From Torpedo marmorata (lineage: Eukaryota), in the NCBI GenBank assembly GCA_977017645.1, contig OZ360240.1, positions 33,108,001-33,172,000 of the forward strand: 64,000 nucleotides of DNA. The letters are read 5' to 3'. This document shows, in pieces, positions 46,724 to 60,530 of the stretch. The number at the start of each line of letters is the position of its first letter. Within the stretch, counting starts at the first letter, position 1. Position numbers and translations under genes: made by a program. The notes under the pieces are model-generated. The model saw nothing but the letters and a program-made list of their open reading frames with translations, was not told the origin of the DNA and did no database searches.

Positions 46724-47574
46724 TCTTTTGTGTGCTGCATGTAGAAGTACAAGACGTGTGGTATTTAGCATGTGCTTTAAAAAAAAAAAAAAATCATCTA
46801 CTTTGTATTATTTTGTTAAAATTCACCCGACTCTCACATGTGGCTCTTGAAACTATTCCCCTGCATCCACCAGTACCCTATTCATGTTTGGATGCCATGA
46901 CTACAGCAAACACCTTCGGGCCAAGGGTCAACCACCCTGGTTGCCTTTTCTAAAAGGCAAAGAGGAGCCAGGTGCTGGAAATTCACTGGGAATGTCTTCT
47001 AATTAACAACCACACATATGGCAGGTAGACGGGTCTGTGATCAGGTGTTTCTTTAGCCCTTGTGACTGGTGAGCTGATTCACAAATTTTCTTTAAAAGCC
47101 TTTGGCCCATCTGTCTTGGCATTTACTCCTCCGCTTGACCCTTCCCCGGCTGCAGGAAAAGTAGTTTCTCATCCTTTGGCACAAGGAAACGGTGTGTGTG
47201 ATCGATCACCCCTTTGGATTGAAGCACAATTTTCTAGTGGGTTGGGGGTGGGTCAGTATCAGAAGATGCAGCTTTGCTGTGTGTGTCTACCAAGGGAGAG
47301 GAAAGGTAACTCAATTCTCCCTTTCGCTGAACCTGTTCATGTAGAAAATGCCCACTGAATAATACTACTCTTCTCTCTCACTTCAAATCATCCATGCCTT
47401 GAGTTTGCTCCATCATTATGATCATGGCTAATCCACTAGTCAAAAATAAAGCCCAGCTGTCATAGCCATAGATTCCCATTGAATACATACTGAATCCTTT
47501 GGATTTTGCAATTCCCAAGATTTAATCCTCAGTGAAGAAATGTTACTCCTTTTTGATTATTTGACTAAATACAG

Positions 47575-47850
47575 GCCTATTTGTGCCGGATCTTGCTGGT
47601 GGGAGGACCCCAGGCTTTACAGAGCTCTGGTTAACATGTTCAGTAGTTTCAAATCTTTCATCTCCTGGCAGATTCTCCGGAAAGCGGTGCACACTTGAGG
47701 TGAAAGTCACGTTGAAAGTGGTCATAGCCAGATGGTCCTGCAGGCATAAGATGTTGACACCTGTCATGCCAATGCAATCTGGTGGCACTTCTTGGACCTC
47801 AAAGTTTATGTTGACACACAGGATTGCCACCGTGAATCCTTAAACAAGTA
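47575..47850 (-). mobile_element. Possible decayed Tx1/L1 ORF1 fragment
   Basis: ILCLQDHLAMTTFNVTF resembles the IFCLQD..FDVTF motif of Tx1-like ORF1 (recalled, weak). Confidence 0.3.
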
Positions 47851-48431
47851 CTGGTCATGTCTGGGGGAATGTTCATGTTCATGGAGTTCCCTTACATTGA
47901 CACTAAGAGTTCTAAACTGTCCACCCTGAGCAAAGTTCATCTCAGTACTGACACTCTCAATAGCTCTCAGAATCTTGCACTAAAAGGCTAAATCATCTGA
48001 ACAAGAGTCTGCTATTATAAAGCAATGCATTTTATGTTGAACAAATATGTAAAATTTAATTGCTCAATGAAATTGTCTGTTGAGAAGCCCAATCTAAAAC
48101 CATACTGAGAATACAACCAAGATAAATCTGTATTACCTCAATTGGATAAATTAACATTGAATATAAAGTTGCTTAGAATGAAACTGGAAGATATATTTGC
48201 AGAGATGTTTCCAAATTTAACCAAGACACAACTTGTCATCAATTCTAAAATTCAACACAGATTGCCACGCAGGTTGTAATCGATATGGATAACTCTTTTT
48301 TTTAAAGTTACCCAAATGATTTGTGCATTGAAAAATCATCTTGTTTTCCCTGTTATATTTTAAACTCATTATTCTTATGATTGTGTATTTGATACAAACA
48401 TGCTTCTATAATGACTTGTGTTGAAATGCAA

Positions 48432-49920
48432 GTTCTATAGATTCAGGATCAGTTCCTGCGGATTGGAGGGAAGCAAATGTTATCCCACTTTTTAAGAAAG
48501 GAGGGAGAGAAAAAACAGGGAATTATAGACCAGTTAGCCTGACGTTGGTGGTGGGAAAGATGCTGGAGCAATTATAAAAGATGAAATAGCGGCACATTTG
48601 GATAGCAGTAGCAGGATCAGACCGAGTCAGCATGGATTTACGAAGGGGAAATCATACTTGACTAATCTTCTGGAATTTTTTGAGGATGTAACTAGGAAAA
48701 TGGACAAGGGAGAGCCAGTTGATGAGGTGTCCCTGGACTTTCAGAAAGCCTTTGATAAGGTCCCACATAGAAGATTAGTGGGCAAAATTAGAGCACATGG
48801 TATTGGGGGTAGGGTACTGACATGGATAGAAAATTGGTTGGCAGACAGGAGACAAAGAGTAGGGATTAACGGGTCCCTTTCAGAATGGCAGGCAGTGACT
48901 AGTGGGGTACCGCAAGGATCGGTGCTGGGACCGCAGCTGTTTACAATATACATTAATGATTTAGATGAAGGGATTAAAAGTAACATTAGCAAATTTGCAG
49001 ATGACACAAAGCTGGGCGGCAGTGTGAAATGTGAGGAGGATGTTATGAGAATGCAGGGGGACTTGGACAGGTTGGGTGAGTGGGCGGATGCATGGCAGAT
49101 GCAGTTTAATGTGGATAAATGTGAGGTTATCCACTTTGGTGGCAAGAACAGGAAGGCAGATTACTATCTGAATGGTGTCAATTTAGGAAAAGGGGAAGTA
49201 CAACGAGATCTATGTGTCCTTGTTCATCAGTCACTGAAAGTAAGCATGCAGGTACAGCAGGAAGTGAAGAAGGCTAATGGCACGTTGGCCTTCATAACAA
49301 GGGGAGTTGAGTATAGGAGCAGGGAGGTCCTTCTGCAGTTGTACAGGGTCCTGGTGAGACCACACCTGGAGTATTGTGTGCAGTTTTGGTCTCCAGGTTT
49401 GAGGAAAGATATTCTTGCTATTGAGGGAGTGCAGCGTAGGTTCACGAGGTTGATTCCCGGGATGGCGGGACTGTCATATGTAGAAAGATTGGAGCGACTG
49501 GGCTTGTATACACTGGAATTTAGAAGGATGAGAGGGGATCTGATTGAAACATATGATTATTAAGGGATTGGACACACTAGAGGCAGGAAACATGTTCCCA
49601 ATGTTGGGAGAGTCGAGAACCAGAGGCCACAGTTTAAGAATAAGGGGTAGGCCATTTAGAACGGAGTTGAGAAAAAACTTTTTCACCCAGAGAGTTGTGG
49701 ATCTGTGGAATGCTCTGCCTCAGAAGGCAGTGGAGGCCAATTCTCTGTATGCTTTCAAGAAAGAGTTAGATAGAGCTCTTAAGGATAGCGGAGTCAAGGG
49801 ATATGGGGAGAAGGCAGGAACAGGGTACTCACTGATAGTGGATTATAAGCCATGATCACAATGAATGGCGGTGCTGGTTCGAAGGGCCGAATGGCCTACT
49901 CCTGCACCTATTGTCTATTG
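48432..49920 (+). mobile_element. CR1 LINE, RT domain to 3' end
   Basis: QHGFTKGKS.LTNLLEFF, DFQKAFDKVPH, SGVPQGSVLGP, KFADD, LEYCVQFWSP; frameshift near 49555. Confidence 0.93.
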
Positions 49921-49921
49921 T

Positions 49922-50118
49922 CATAAGAAATAGGAGCAGGAGTCGGCCATCTGGCCCATCAAGCCTGCTCCACCATTCAATGAGATCATGGCTGATCTGC
50001 TGATAGGCTCAATTCCACCTACTGCCTTTTCCCCATATCCCTTACCATGTAAAAATCTATCTTAAATATATTTACTGAGGTCGCCTCTACTGCTTCAATG
50101 GGCAGCGAATTCCACGGA
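49922..50118 (-). mobile_element. CR1 3' end, tail-to-tail with the previous copy
   Basis: cataagaaataggagcaggagtcggccat...; distal part matches 24004-24060. Confidence 0.85.
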
Positions 50119-51080
50119 ACAATTCCAAGCAAATTTAATTCACATTTGTTTGTGCTTACATCCAGGCTAATGTTTCAATACAGAATTGCTCAATAAAATA
50201 TACCAGCCAACCATCCCACAAAATTAATACTTGTTTACTGTTACTTTAACCTTAGATTTTACATTTTGGTTTGATGTGGCTCAATTTCAAATAACCATTG
50301 CCATATGTTGATATTATCTTCAGAATGTCATTTAGCATGGGTGTCGGGAGTAAACGAAAAATACAGTATCAATAAATTCCATTACAAACACCACTATGAG
50401 TGATAATCAAAAGATTATTCATTTCATCGTGGCCTTCAAAAACAAAATGTTAGTCAAGAAGCCAATGTGGGCAAATTAACTGCTGCTTTAAAAGCAAAAG
50501 TACTAATATCTACAAGTAGAAAGAACATTTGGGGACATCTTGAAAAGCATTGCATATGAAATCTTTAAATTGGTTACCAATATAATAGCTGTGCAACATG
50601 TCAATGTTATATCGTGGTAATAACTGTTTCCTCAAACACATTTCTGAGTAAATTTTTCATTTGGCATGTACTTGTGATACAAGAACAATATCGGGCCAAC
50701 TGAGTTCAGAACAAAAATTATTTTCCCAAATTTCTGGGCCTTACTCGCTGGTAGATAATTTTGACCAGGTTTCACCACTTGTGGTAGTGCTGGACAAAGA
50801 TCTCCTCCACTGATCATTGAGCAAATTCCCCATTTTGTTTCTGTTGCTGAGATATGCAGAGGTGATGGTAATGGCTAAAAAGAGACAAAATTTTAAAAAA
50901 ATCTGACAGAAATATCTTCACTCACAAGGGTTCTATGATATGATGGGACCTCCAAGAATATAGAAAAGTTTTAAAATAACCCCTTTTCCAGAGCCATTAA
51001 ACCAGGAACACCACAAGATCAACCTCATACAACTTTGCAAAGTTGGATCTGAAGTTGAACAACTAACTGAAGGAGGTCGA

Positions 51081-51181
51081 CACCTTTGCTACATAAAAGA
51101 CACTGTTTGACCTGCTGAGTTTCTCCAGCATTTGTGTTTTTTACTTCAACCACGGTGTCTACAGATTTTCGTGTTTTACTT
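51081..51181 (+). mobile_element. Penelope terminal fragment
   Basis: Near-identical to 9491-9590. Confidence 0.85.
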
Positions 51182-51828
51182 CGCTGGGAGAGAAGCACTT
51201 AAAGCTTTTTACTCTTGCTATACAGCGACCTCCACTGGAAAACTGTGCGACTGCAGCTCTAGAGAAGGAAGGGGACCTTCGTTATCAGTCAGATATCAGA
51301 GCTAATTATCAGAGCACATCAATTTTATTAAAAACATCTGGTATAAGAATTATCTTCATTAAAATTTAACAGGTACCAATGATAATTCTAAAAGTGTCAA
51401 CATTTGTACATATTAGCAGCCATGACTGTGACACCCTATAGGCATACCAAGATTAAATGACAATATTAACCCATTTCTAATACTGTAACTTATCATTTGG
51501 GGAGCTCTGTATTTCTTTCTGCAATCAAAATGTGTTGATAAAACAAATACATTTATTCTTCACTGGCTGAACTATGATTCAAACACACCTATGTGTCAAA
51601 CAACTTGGAGGCATTTTTCTCGATTCAATGACTTGGACATTTGTTTTAATTCAATAAAATCTTCACTTTGGCCTAACAGAAAGATCTGACTGTGACAGGA
51701 TACCATTAGTGCTGATAGAAATCTCTCAATTATGTTTTTCATCCTCAACGTACATTTAGCAGCATTTCCCCAAGTGTAGTTTGCATCACCAGAGATAGGA
51801 GGATGCAATTCTCAAAATCCTTACTGTA

Positions 51829-52060
51829 TGGTTAACATAGCGATTAGTGCAATGCTATTACAGCGCCAGCGACCGGGGTTTGGATCCGGCGCTGTCTGTA
51901 AGGAGTTTGTATGTTCTCCCCATGTCTGCATGGGTTTCCACCAGGTGCTCCAGTTTCCTCCCACCCTTCAAAATATATGGGGTGGTAGGTTAATTGGGGT
52001 CTTTGGGCAGCACGGACTCATGGCCCAAAAGGGCCTGTTACCGTGCTGTATGTCTTAATT
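51829..52060 (+). mobile_element. V-SINE (HE1-like)
   Basis: Same layout as 18511-18746; ends ggcctgttaccgtgctgtatgtc. Confidence 0.8.
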
Positions 52061-52570
52061 TATTTTAACAAATAAGAAATGGTGGGGCAGACTCGATGGG
52101 CTGAATAGTCTATTTCTGCTCCTATGTCTTATGGCTTTTAAAGATAGGGATTAAATTTGCAAATCATTATTTCAGGAAATTGAACATTTGTACACATTTA
52201 TGCTAATAATCATCTCACAATTAGCACCTATAAATAATATAAACCCCTACTGGCACCATGAATAGAATTTATCTATGTCAAACACAAGCTTGAATGGTCA
52301 CATCTTGATTTACAGTAGAAACCACTATTCTATAACATTGACCTGAAATTCCAAATCAGCCCATTGTTTTTAATCTTTGTTCTTCTCTTTTGTATGTTGC
52401 TTCTCCAAACGACTAATTTTACCGAAAGGACATTTAGACAAAATAGGCTTTCGTACGCAATTTACCTGGATACTTAATGAAATATACCAAATGAAATGTT
52501 GTTACAAGTTAGTATTGAAAGAAATAAAACATGGTTTATGGAATGGTAATTGGAGACAGTTAACAGAAAG

Positions 52571-52689
52571 ATCAGAATCAGAATTTATTGTCATGAACAA
52601 GTCATGAAATTCGGTGTTTTGCGGCAGCATCATAGTGCAATTAACATTCATATTAACCATCTTACGACATTACTATAAAAATTATAAAT
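52571..52689 (-). mobile_element. Rex1/Babar-like 3' tail fragment
   Basis: Near-identical to 3863-3985. Confidence 0.8.
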
Positions 52690-53077
52690 CACAGTTTGAT
52701 TTTTTTTTAAATGATAGCAAAAGCTATTTAACAATTTAGTAGTGCAACAAGGGAAAGCTGCAGCAAAAAGCCATGCTTTTCAGATGAACTGTTGAGGCGC
52801 CAACCACTTTTCTCAAGTGAAGAGATTCCATGGCTTATGCCCCAACTCCAGTATTACACCCATCTCACCAAACCCCCAAATCACCTGGTCCAAATTCAAA
52901 ATTACTTGAAATGCTAATCAGTTCAAGTTCAGACACCATCTGTAGAGAAAGAAACAATGGATATCTCAATGTGATGTCCTTTCATCTTATTATCTAGTAA
53001 TTTATCTCAATCTTGTTACGGGTCCTTGCAATAAGGTTTGTTATTTCCATTATCAGAAATGGTTCAGTTCAATGACA

Positions 53078-53765
53078 TCAGGTGGAGAGGGTTAGCAAAT
53101 TTAAGTTCTTGGGAGTCACTACCTTGGAGGATCTTTCCTGGACCCAACACACTAATGGCATCGTGAAGAAAGCACGTCAGCACCTCTACAGTACTTCTTC
53201 AGGAGGTTGCGGAGGTTTGGTATGACATTGGCAAATTTCTACAGATGTGTGCTGGAAAGTGTGCTGACCAGCTACATCACGGGTGATGCAGGGGACACCA
53301 ATACCCCTGAGTGTAAATCCCTGCAAAAGATAGTAGACACAGCCCAGGACATCACAGGCAAAACCCTGCCCTCTATCGAGAACATCTACAGGGAACGCTA
53401 CTGTCAGAGAGCAGCAGCAATCATCAAGGATCCACATCACCCAGCACGTTCTATTTTCGCTGCTACCATCAGGAAAGAGGTATAGGTGCCACAAGACTCA
53501 CATCACCAGGTTCAGGAACAGCTGCTACCCCTCCACCATCAGACTCCTCAACAACAAACTCGATCAGGGACTCATTTAAGGACTCTTACTTTGAACTTTA
53601 TTGATTTTTTTCTCTGTATTGCAGTTTGTTTACATTTCTTTATTTGTTTACATGTGTACGTTGAGTAGTTTTTTTGCACTACCAATAACTACCACTGCCT
53701 CACCCGCAGGAAAAAGAATCTCAGGGTTGTATGTGACGTCACGTATGTACTCTGACAATAAATCT
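53078..53765 (+). mobile_element. Rex1/Babar-like LINE 3' fragment (a further tail piece at 54072-54212)
   Basis: Same family as 5470-6088; RRFGMTLANFYRCVLESVLT. Confidence 0.8.
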
Positions 53766-54422
53766 GCAATAAAGCATAAAGCAAAGCAGAAATACTTCTA
53801 CATGTTCTTTAAACCAGCACATGCACCTTGGCAATCTCTTCATCCACAGAAATGGACTTGTGGTTTGGAGGTGGTTGAGAAGAAACTCAAGGCAGTGGCT
53901 CTGCAATGGATGGGATAAAGGATGCAATTTCTGGAGCAGTACAGAAATCCAGGTGTGGACATTTAGTGGACACTTCCTTTATCTAAGCTACAGTTCAAAA
54001 TCGCTCACCATGTCGGGATTTTAATCTAATTTTACGCTTTGAAAGACTAAAAGGTCACATCACAAGGCTTTTGATTGTTTACATGTTTACGCTGTGTTGT
54101 TTACTTTTTGCACTACCAATTAGTGGTAATTCTGCCGTGCCCGCAGGAAAAAGAAACTCAGGGTTGAATGTGATGTCATGTATGTACTCTGACAATAAAT
54201 CTGAATCTGAAATCTGCTTCCACAATGCCATTATTCTGCACATGCAGACCAATATGGTCACTGCTGCTCACTCTTGCTATTTATAATCCAGCCTCACCTC
54301 CAAACTATTTAATATTCATTTGATATTAAAAAAAAGCAACTGGAGAGATAAATGCTCCCATCTTCCAGTCCGAGTGAACTTGAAGGCTCAGTTGGAACTC
54401 TGATCAAAGAAGTACTTTTGAC

Positions 54423-55356
54423 TCTCTGAAAAAGAGAAACTACTCCACGAAGGAAATGTATATAAGTTTATTTCTAGAATGTACTTTTTTATTGATGAGT
54501 GAGAGCCCAAAGCCAGGTTTGCATAAATCTAGGGTGAGATGGGAGTCAGACCTAGACACGACAATTGGCGAACAACTCTGGTCAGATCTGTGTCAGGGAA
54601 GTTTGTTGGCTACTATCAATGCCAGGTATAGATTGGTCCATTATAATTTTCTCCATCAACTGTACCTCACCCCACAGAAATTACACCAATATAAACCTGA
54701 ATTACCAGAGATGTGTTTTAGGTGTGGTATAGAGGTTGGTTCCTTTTTACATTCTACCTGGCTTTGCACAAAGGTGAGGCCCTTCTGGTATGACCTCTGT
54801 GACACCCTAAGATCATGGGAGTCACCTTCCCAGTAGACCGAGCTGTCTTCTGGGGAACTTTCCCGTGGTTTGTAGATTACTAACCAATTCTCAAATTAAA
54901 TTTACAGAAATTGCCTTATGTGCGGCCAGGAAATACATAGCAGTAACATGGAAATCTGACTCCCATGGATAGGTGGTCTTCGGAGATGAATAGCTGCATC
55001 CCACTTGAAAAGGTTACATATAATCTCAGGAAGGGGTATAAAACCTTTCTAAAAATCTGGCAGCCTTATTTAGAGCATATAGGTACCTCACTGGTGCCAA
55101 TATAGAGTAACGATTACTACTGGCTAGCCAGTAGACCTCTGTAAAGATTTTAACAATGTGGTATTATCGTGTCTCCATGTTTTATTGTATGCACTGACAA
55201 ATGTGAGGATCTTTTGTCTTTTTCTCTGTTTTTTCTGTTTAATAGGACATATAGAGGGGAGGGGGGGGAGGGATGGGTTTTCTTGATGTTTTACATTTGG
55301 TATGATTGTTGATTGTTAAATATATTCAAAATGATAAATAAAATATTACCAAAAAA
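54423..55356 (+). mobile_element. L1 3' fragment
   Basis: INARYRLVHYNFLHQLYLTPQKL...CFRC...HSTWLC; AATAAA + poly(A); TSD AAGTA(C/T)TTTTGAC at 54410-54422 and 55357-55369. Confidence 0.88.
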
Positions 55357-56602
55357 AAGTATTTTTGACATTTTTTTGGAAATTGGAATGTAAGGCCCAA
55401 CCATGACAACCTTGTAAAAACAGAATTATAATTTCCACAGAATGCCCGGCCATTTGAAAAATTTAATTGACATTTAAATATTTCAGCCAAATACTGATTA
55501 ACAACAGATATACAATTGCACTAATTAACTTAAGGATGTTAAATTGTAATGTGTTGAGATTAGTGAACCCCTGGAGATGCACATTTCAGGAATATTTTAA
55601 ACTTAGTTTATATTCTGCACCCTCAATTATTGGACACAAAGGAAAATAATACAGCAAAGATGGGAAAGGAATGCAAAATTAACCATACAAAAAGAAAGTA
55701 ACAGGATCAAATTTCTTAAATCATTTCATGTGATCCATTTCCAGTTTTACCATTTTTGAGAAGAATTAATAATAACCATTGGAAGCGACAATTATTAACT
55801 AGATGTTTTAAAGTTGGTTTAAAAACTCAAGACAGGCTTTCTTGTACATCAATAATCTCAATGCAATAATTAACAAAATATTTAATTAATAAAAAAGGTT
55901 TTAATACACAAGAGCTGCATGTAAAAGTATATCAGTAATATTCAAGTTTTAAACCAGTATTTTTAATCAATTAAAATGCTTTCATGAACTGGTACAAATG
56001 GCTGTAAATTACACAAGATGCAAGTATTGCAGTCAGATAGATTAGTAATTAAAATGCACTAGTATTACTTGTTAAAGAAAAATATCTATTTAAATAATCA
56101 GTGAAACTGAAATCCTATGAAATGGAAACATTTCTCATCATTCTGGTAACTATACTGCAGGGCTTAGCCAATTTAGTTTGGTGACACCACAATGTATCTT
56201 GGCTAAGGGGAAAGTATCACCAGTGGCCAATTTGATATTAATTATATAAAGTATTTTTTTCATAAAGGAAAAATGAAATATGGTTTAAAATTATGGTCCA
56301 GTGACAATCATTTGGTAGCTAATACACCTGAGAAATTCTTCCATTATCTGTTTTCTCATGCAAGTGAAATGTTATGGTACCCAAGTGTCGTAGGTTTTCT
56401 TTACATTGAATGGAACTGGACACTGCTCTTTCTTCTGGAGGAGACTGAACAAAATTGTTTAGTTTCAATTACGTGTATCCATGATTCAAATAAACCCCAT
56501 TTACCACATAACTTAGGGAAAGATCGGTGGCTCTTCATGCCACATTGTTTTCAAATTTTAATTACTGCCAATTTAATCAAAATTAAATTTGGCATTTTTT
56601 CC

Positions 56603-57485
56603 AGAATCAAAATTTGTCATGAACGTGTCACGAAATTCATTGTTTTGCAGCATTACAGGTGCAAAACTGCTTTAAATTACATTTTTAAAAAATTAATGCA
56701 AAAGAGAAAAGTGTGGTTGTGTCTGTGGTTCATTGTCCATTCAAAAGTTCTGATGGCAGAGGGGAAGAAGCTGTTTTAGTACCGTTGGGTGTTGGTCTTC
56801 AGGCATGGCCTGGGTGGTGAGCGTCCTTGAAGTTAGAGGCTGCTTTCTTGAGATACCGCTTCTTGTAGATGTCCGGAATGGGGTAAAGACTGATGCCCAT
56901 GATGGCGCTGGCTGAGTTCACAACACTCTGTAGCCCCTTCCTGTTCTGTGCATTGGCACCTCCAAACCAGACAGTGATGCAACCAGTCAGAAAGCTCTCC
57001 ACGGTACACCTGACATACCAAATCTCTGCAAACTCTTCATGAAGAAAAGCCGCTGGTGAGCCGCCTTCATGATTGCATCGACATGGAGGCCCCAGAATAG
57101 ATCTTCAGGGATGTTGACACCCAGGAATTTGAAGTTCTTAACCCTTTCCACCGCTGACCCCTCAATGACAATTGGTTTGTGTTCTCATGATTTCCCCCTC
57201 CTGAAGTCCACAATCAGTTCCTCAGTTTTACTAATGTTCAATGCAAGGTTGTTGTTGTGACACCATTCAACCAGCAGATCTATCTCACTCCTGTACACTT
57301 CCTCACTGCCATCTGTAATTCTGCTGACGACCATGGTGTCATTGGCAAGTTTGTAGATGGCATTTGAATTGTGCCTAACCACAATCACGTTGTTTCCAAT
57401 TCGCACTGATTGTGGCCATCCTCTGAGGAAGTCATGGATCCAGTTGCAGAGGCCCAAGTTTTGAAGCTTGCTGACCAGTACTGAG
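56603..57485 (-). mobile_element. Rex1/Babar-like LINE fragment
   Basis: LCNWIHDFL, KLANDTMVV, WCHNNNLALNISKTEELIVDFRR, ESFLTGCITVWFG. Confidence 0.82.
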
Positions 57486-57574
57486 GTTTAGCTCATTAAG
57501 TTGAAAAAATATCAAAAGCTGTGAACTAGAAAGATTCCCAAACTTAGAATTTTAGAACAAAACAGATAACCCAT

Positions 57575-59308
57575 CATAACAAGTTATTATGAATTTATTT
57601 ACATTTTAAAGTACACAAATACAGCAGCAATACAAAGAGGTTACCAGGATTATGTTACCATTACACGTTATACAGACATTCTATAGAAGGGAAACCAGCC
57701 ACCTAAGATCACGATGGTCCATCCACGCAAAGAAAAATTGGAAGAGCCTGTTGTCTTGGAGGCACCACCAGTTAGGAAGAAAACATTGATTCTCAAGTTT
57801 CTGCCCCTTACAAATCTTATGAGAACCACACCCATTTACGAAAAAAAAATGGGATTCCTGAAATGGGAGGATCTTAGTGCAGTAATGTCAGCCGAGCTGT
57901 GCCCCTGTTTAACGTGCCAGTATGCATGCTTAAACGGTAAGGTTCTTGTGACATTTTGCCAGATACCCTTTCATGTCACCTCCCAAGAAGCTGAAGTGAA
58001 CTGCTAGTGTGACTGTTACAAACACAAAAAGGAACTGAACTATCCATTTGATGAAGCACACACACATCCATGAGTTAGGCTGTGTTTCCTCCATTCCTTC
58101 AGTATGCTATCTGGAAGCTACACCAATGGCAAGAATGTTATAAAATTCCATTTTAGGCTGAAACCCAGTTAGTTTTCAAAAATAACTGAGTTGAATTCAC
58201 TATCGTCACGTGTAAACATGAAAAACAAAATCAAGAGGTTTTGAAGCACTGGAATGTAAAATTTCATCAGCCCCTTTTATGTTAATGGCAGAATTCACAT
58301 TTTTACTGTACAAATCCTTCACAGCTCTGTTTAAAATACCTGTCTACACCTAAGTGATTGATGGAGATGCTAAAAGTCCTCCGGTCAGCGAATCCCGACA
58401 ACAAACTCTGCACCAACACTAATCAGAAATTTAAAAAAAATAATTCACCAAAACACAGCTTTGCCTTTACTTTTGCTAAAACTTTATTCTTCCACATTTT
58501 CAAGGTCACATTTTTTTTTGATAAGCCTTGGCACGACCATTTCATTCTGCACTGTTTCTGCCAGATAAGTTGTCAGCTTCTTCCACAAGATAACCAAATG
58601 GTCACTGGCACCAATGATCATTCAGCTTTTATGGCAAAATAAAATGTGGAAGTTAAAAGTGTGCAAACAAATCTAGATACCAAACCAAAAAACATTGTTA
58701 CAGTGTACTACCAAAAACATTTTAAACTCAAGTTTAATATAAAAGACTGGAAAAAGCTTTAAATAAAATCAGCTGCATTTTAAATTCACAAACACTCACT
58801 GCCAACCCTATGTATTACAGGATTTTTCAAGTCAGTCACTTCCCATTTCAGATTCCAAACCTATAGGGCATTACAGACATAAAAGCAGGACAACGTTCTA
58901 CTTATCTACATAGATGCTGCTTTCAATTTTAGCAGGGTGATACAAAATATTTAAACCAAGTATAGGTCTACAGTTGTACAGTGGAGTAATAAAAGGCTAC
59001 ATAACGCCAATCACGGAAGGAGAAGGGATGGCGATATCTATTCTATTTGCGGTAAATTCTGTAAACCGTCTTTAGAACCCCTGCTGCCGAAGCAGTGGGC
59101 ACAATCTTTTAACTTGTAATTTATACTGCAGTCAGGCAAAAGGTCTCCTTGCAAAGATGTTCCTGGAAAGAACTTTAAAGTTTTCTTCCTGCACTTGAGT
59201 TGAAGGCATCAAGAGCTTCACTTTGTCGGTTGGCTTTGTAGAGGTCGAGTTTCAAGGTTATACTGGGACATCAGCCATGCATTGTCCACCCTCCACGGTG
59301 AGTCACTT
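57575..59308 (-). other. csnk1d: Probable csnk1d 3' UTR
   Basis: 1.7 kb with no recognisable repeats downstream of the stop on -; AATAAA on - at 57594-57599. The true end may differ. Confidence 0.6.
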
Positions 59309-59359
59309 TCATCGAGGAACTGCGGAATGGATGCCGCTGGAAGTCACCCGGGCTGGGAT
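59309..59359 (-). CDS. csnk1d: Casein kinase 1 delta, last coding exon (delta-1 type C-terminus)
   Basis: After acceptor ...ttactttggatAG: IPARVTSSGIHSAVPR*, matching human CK1 delta-1 IPGRVASSGLQSVVHR* (recalled); same tail-to-tail position next to SLC16A3 as in human. Confidence 0.88.
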   Translation of the reverse strand: MPARVTSSGIHSAVPR

Positions 59360-59669
59360 CTATCCAAAGTAACAAACACCAAATTAATCCCTTACAAGCA
59401 TTCAAGAACAAATAAATTTCCCACAGTGGCATCAACAGATATCCAAATTTTTAAAAAAACCCACACATATTAAACAAAGTCAATTTCAAGAAAATTGGGA
59501 CTGCATTGTGTACAACCACAACTGTGTGAGAATCCAGCTCAGTTTAAGGTGATGGTGTTTGTCCCATCTACCATATGGCTTAAGGTCAAGGTACCTTAGC
59601 CCAATCCTTTCTGGGCATAGCAAAAATACACTTCCAATAATTTGCAAATATTAGTCCAAAAATAGCTAA

Positions 59670-59885
59670 CAAAGTCTGTTCTGCCATTCAATAACATCCA
59701 GCTGATGTGGCCGTGGAATCCGGTTCACCTACCTGCCCTTTCCCCATAACCCTGAGTTCCCCAACTTTGTAAAATCTGTGTTTTAAAGATATTCAGAGGC
59801 AGCCTCCACGGCTTCCCTGAGCTGAGAAAACACCAGATTCTACACTCTCTGCGAAGTGGATATACTCCTCACCTGTCCTAAACCC
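59670..59885 (-). mobile_element. Degenerate CR1 3' UTR fragment in the csnk1d intron
   Basis: Resembles 49960-50118 (gccattcaataa...tccccataacc...gcctccac.gcttcc). Confidence 0.55.
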
Positions 59886-60530
59886 TCTCCCCCCCAGCCC
59901 TCGAGGCTGCGGCCCTCCCCCCAGCCCCTCTGGGCCGCGGCCCTCCCCCCAGCCCTAGCCCCTCCAGGCTGTGGCCCTTGCAGTTCGTGCGTCTCCGAGA
60001 TCACTGTGTATCTGATGTAGCTAATTTGATGTTTCAAAGAATTTCCACAAAATCCTATTGTTGTCATTTAAATAGGCATGAGCAATAAACATGGGTCTTG
60101 CCAGTGACACTTAGACCTCACAAAATAAGCAAAATCTATCGATTTTGTAAATTTACAGGAAGTGTGCATTTGCTGAAGCTGGACTAACACATAGGCCCAC
60201 CTGAATGGTTTTAAATAATACCAGTCAGCTCATCTAAAGCCAGGGTCATTTACAAAGCAGCCATACTTCCTTTATGAACAATCCAGCAAACTAGGAAAAA
60301 AATAGCACTTATTTTTAACAGAAAACACCCATTCCAATTTCATGATGAAAGGCCACTTTAAAGTATTTTACGTGGCAATATGTGTCATTGTTTGGGGCTG
60401 CATACAATATACATTTACGAGAGATGTGTTTGTCACAAGTATAGATCAAATCCCCTGCAGATAAAGGAGATGGAGTAATTTCAAATTCAACTAATGCACC
60501 ATAATACTTCAGTTTGACTTTGAAATTACA

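Noticed and set aside
56273-56779. 168-aa + strand ORF
   Set aside because: AT-rich, no recognisable domain, and runs into an antisense Rex1-like tail.
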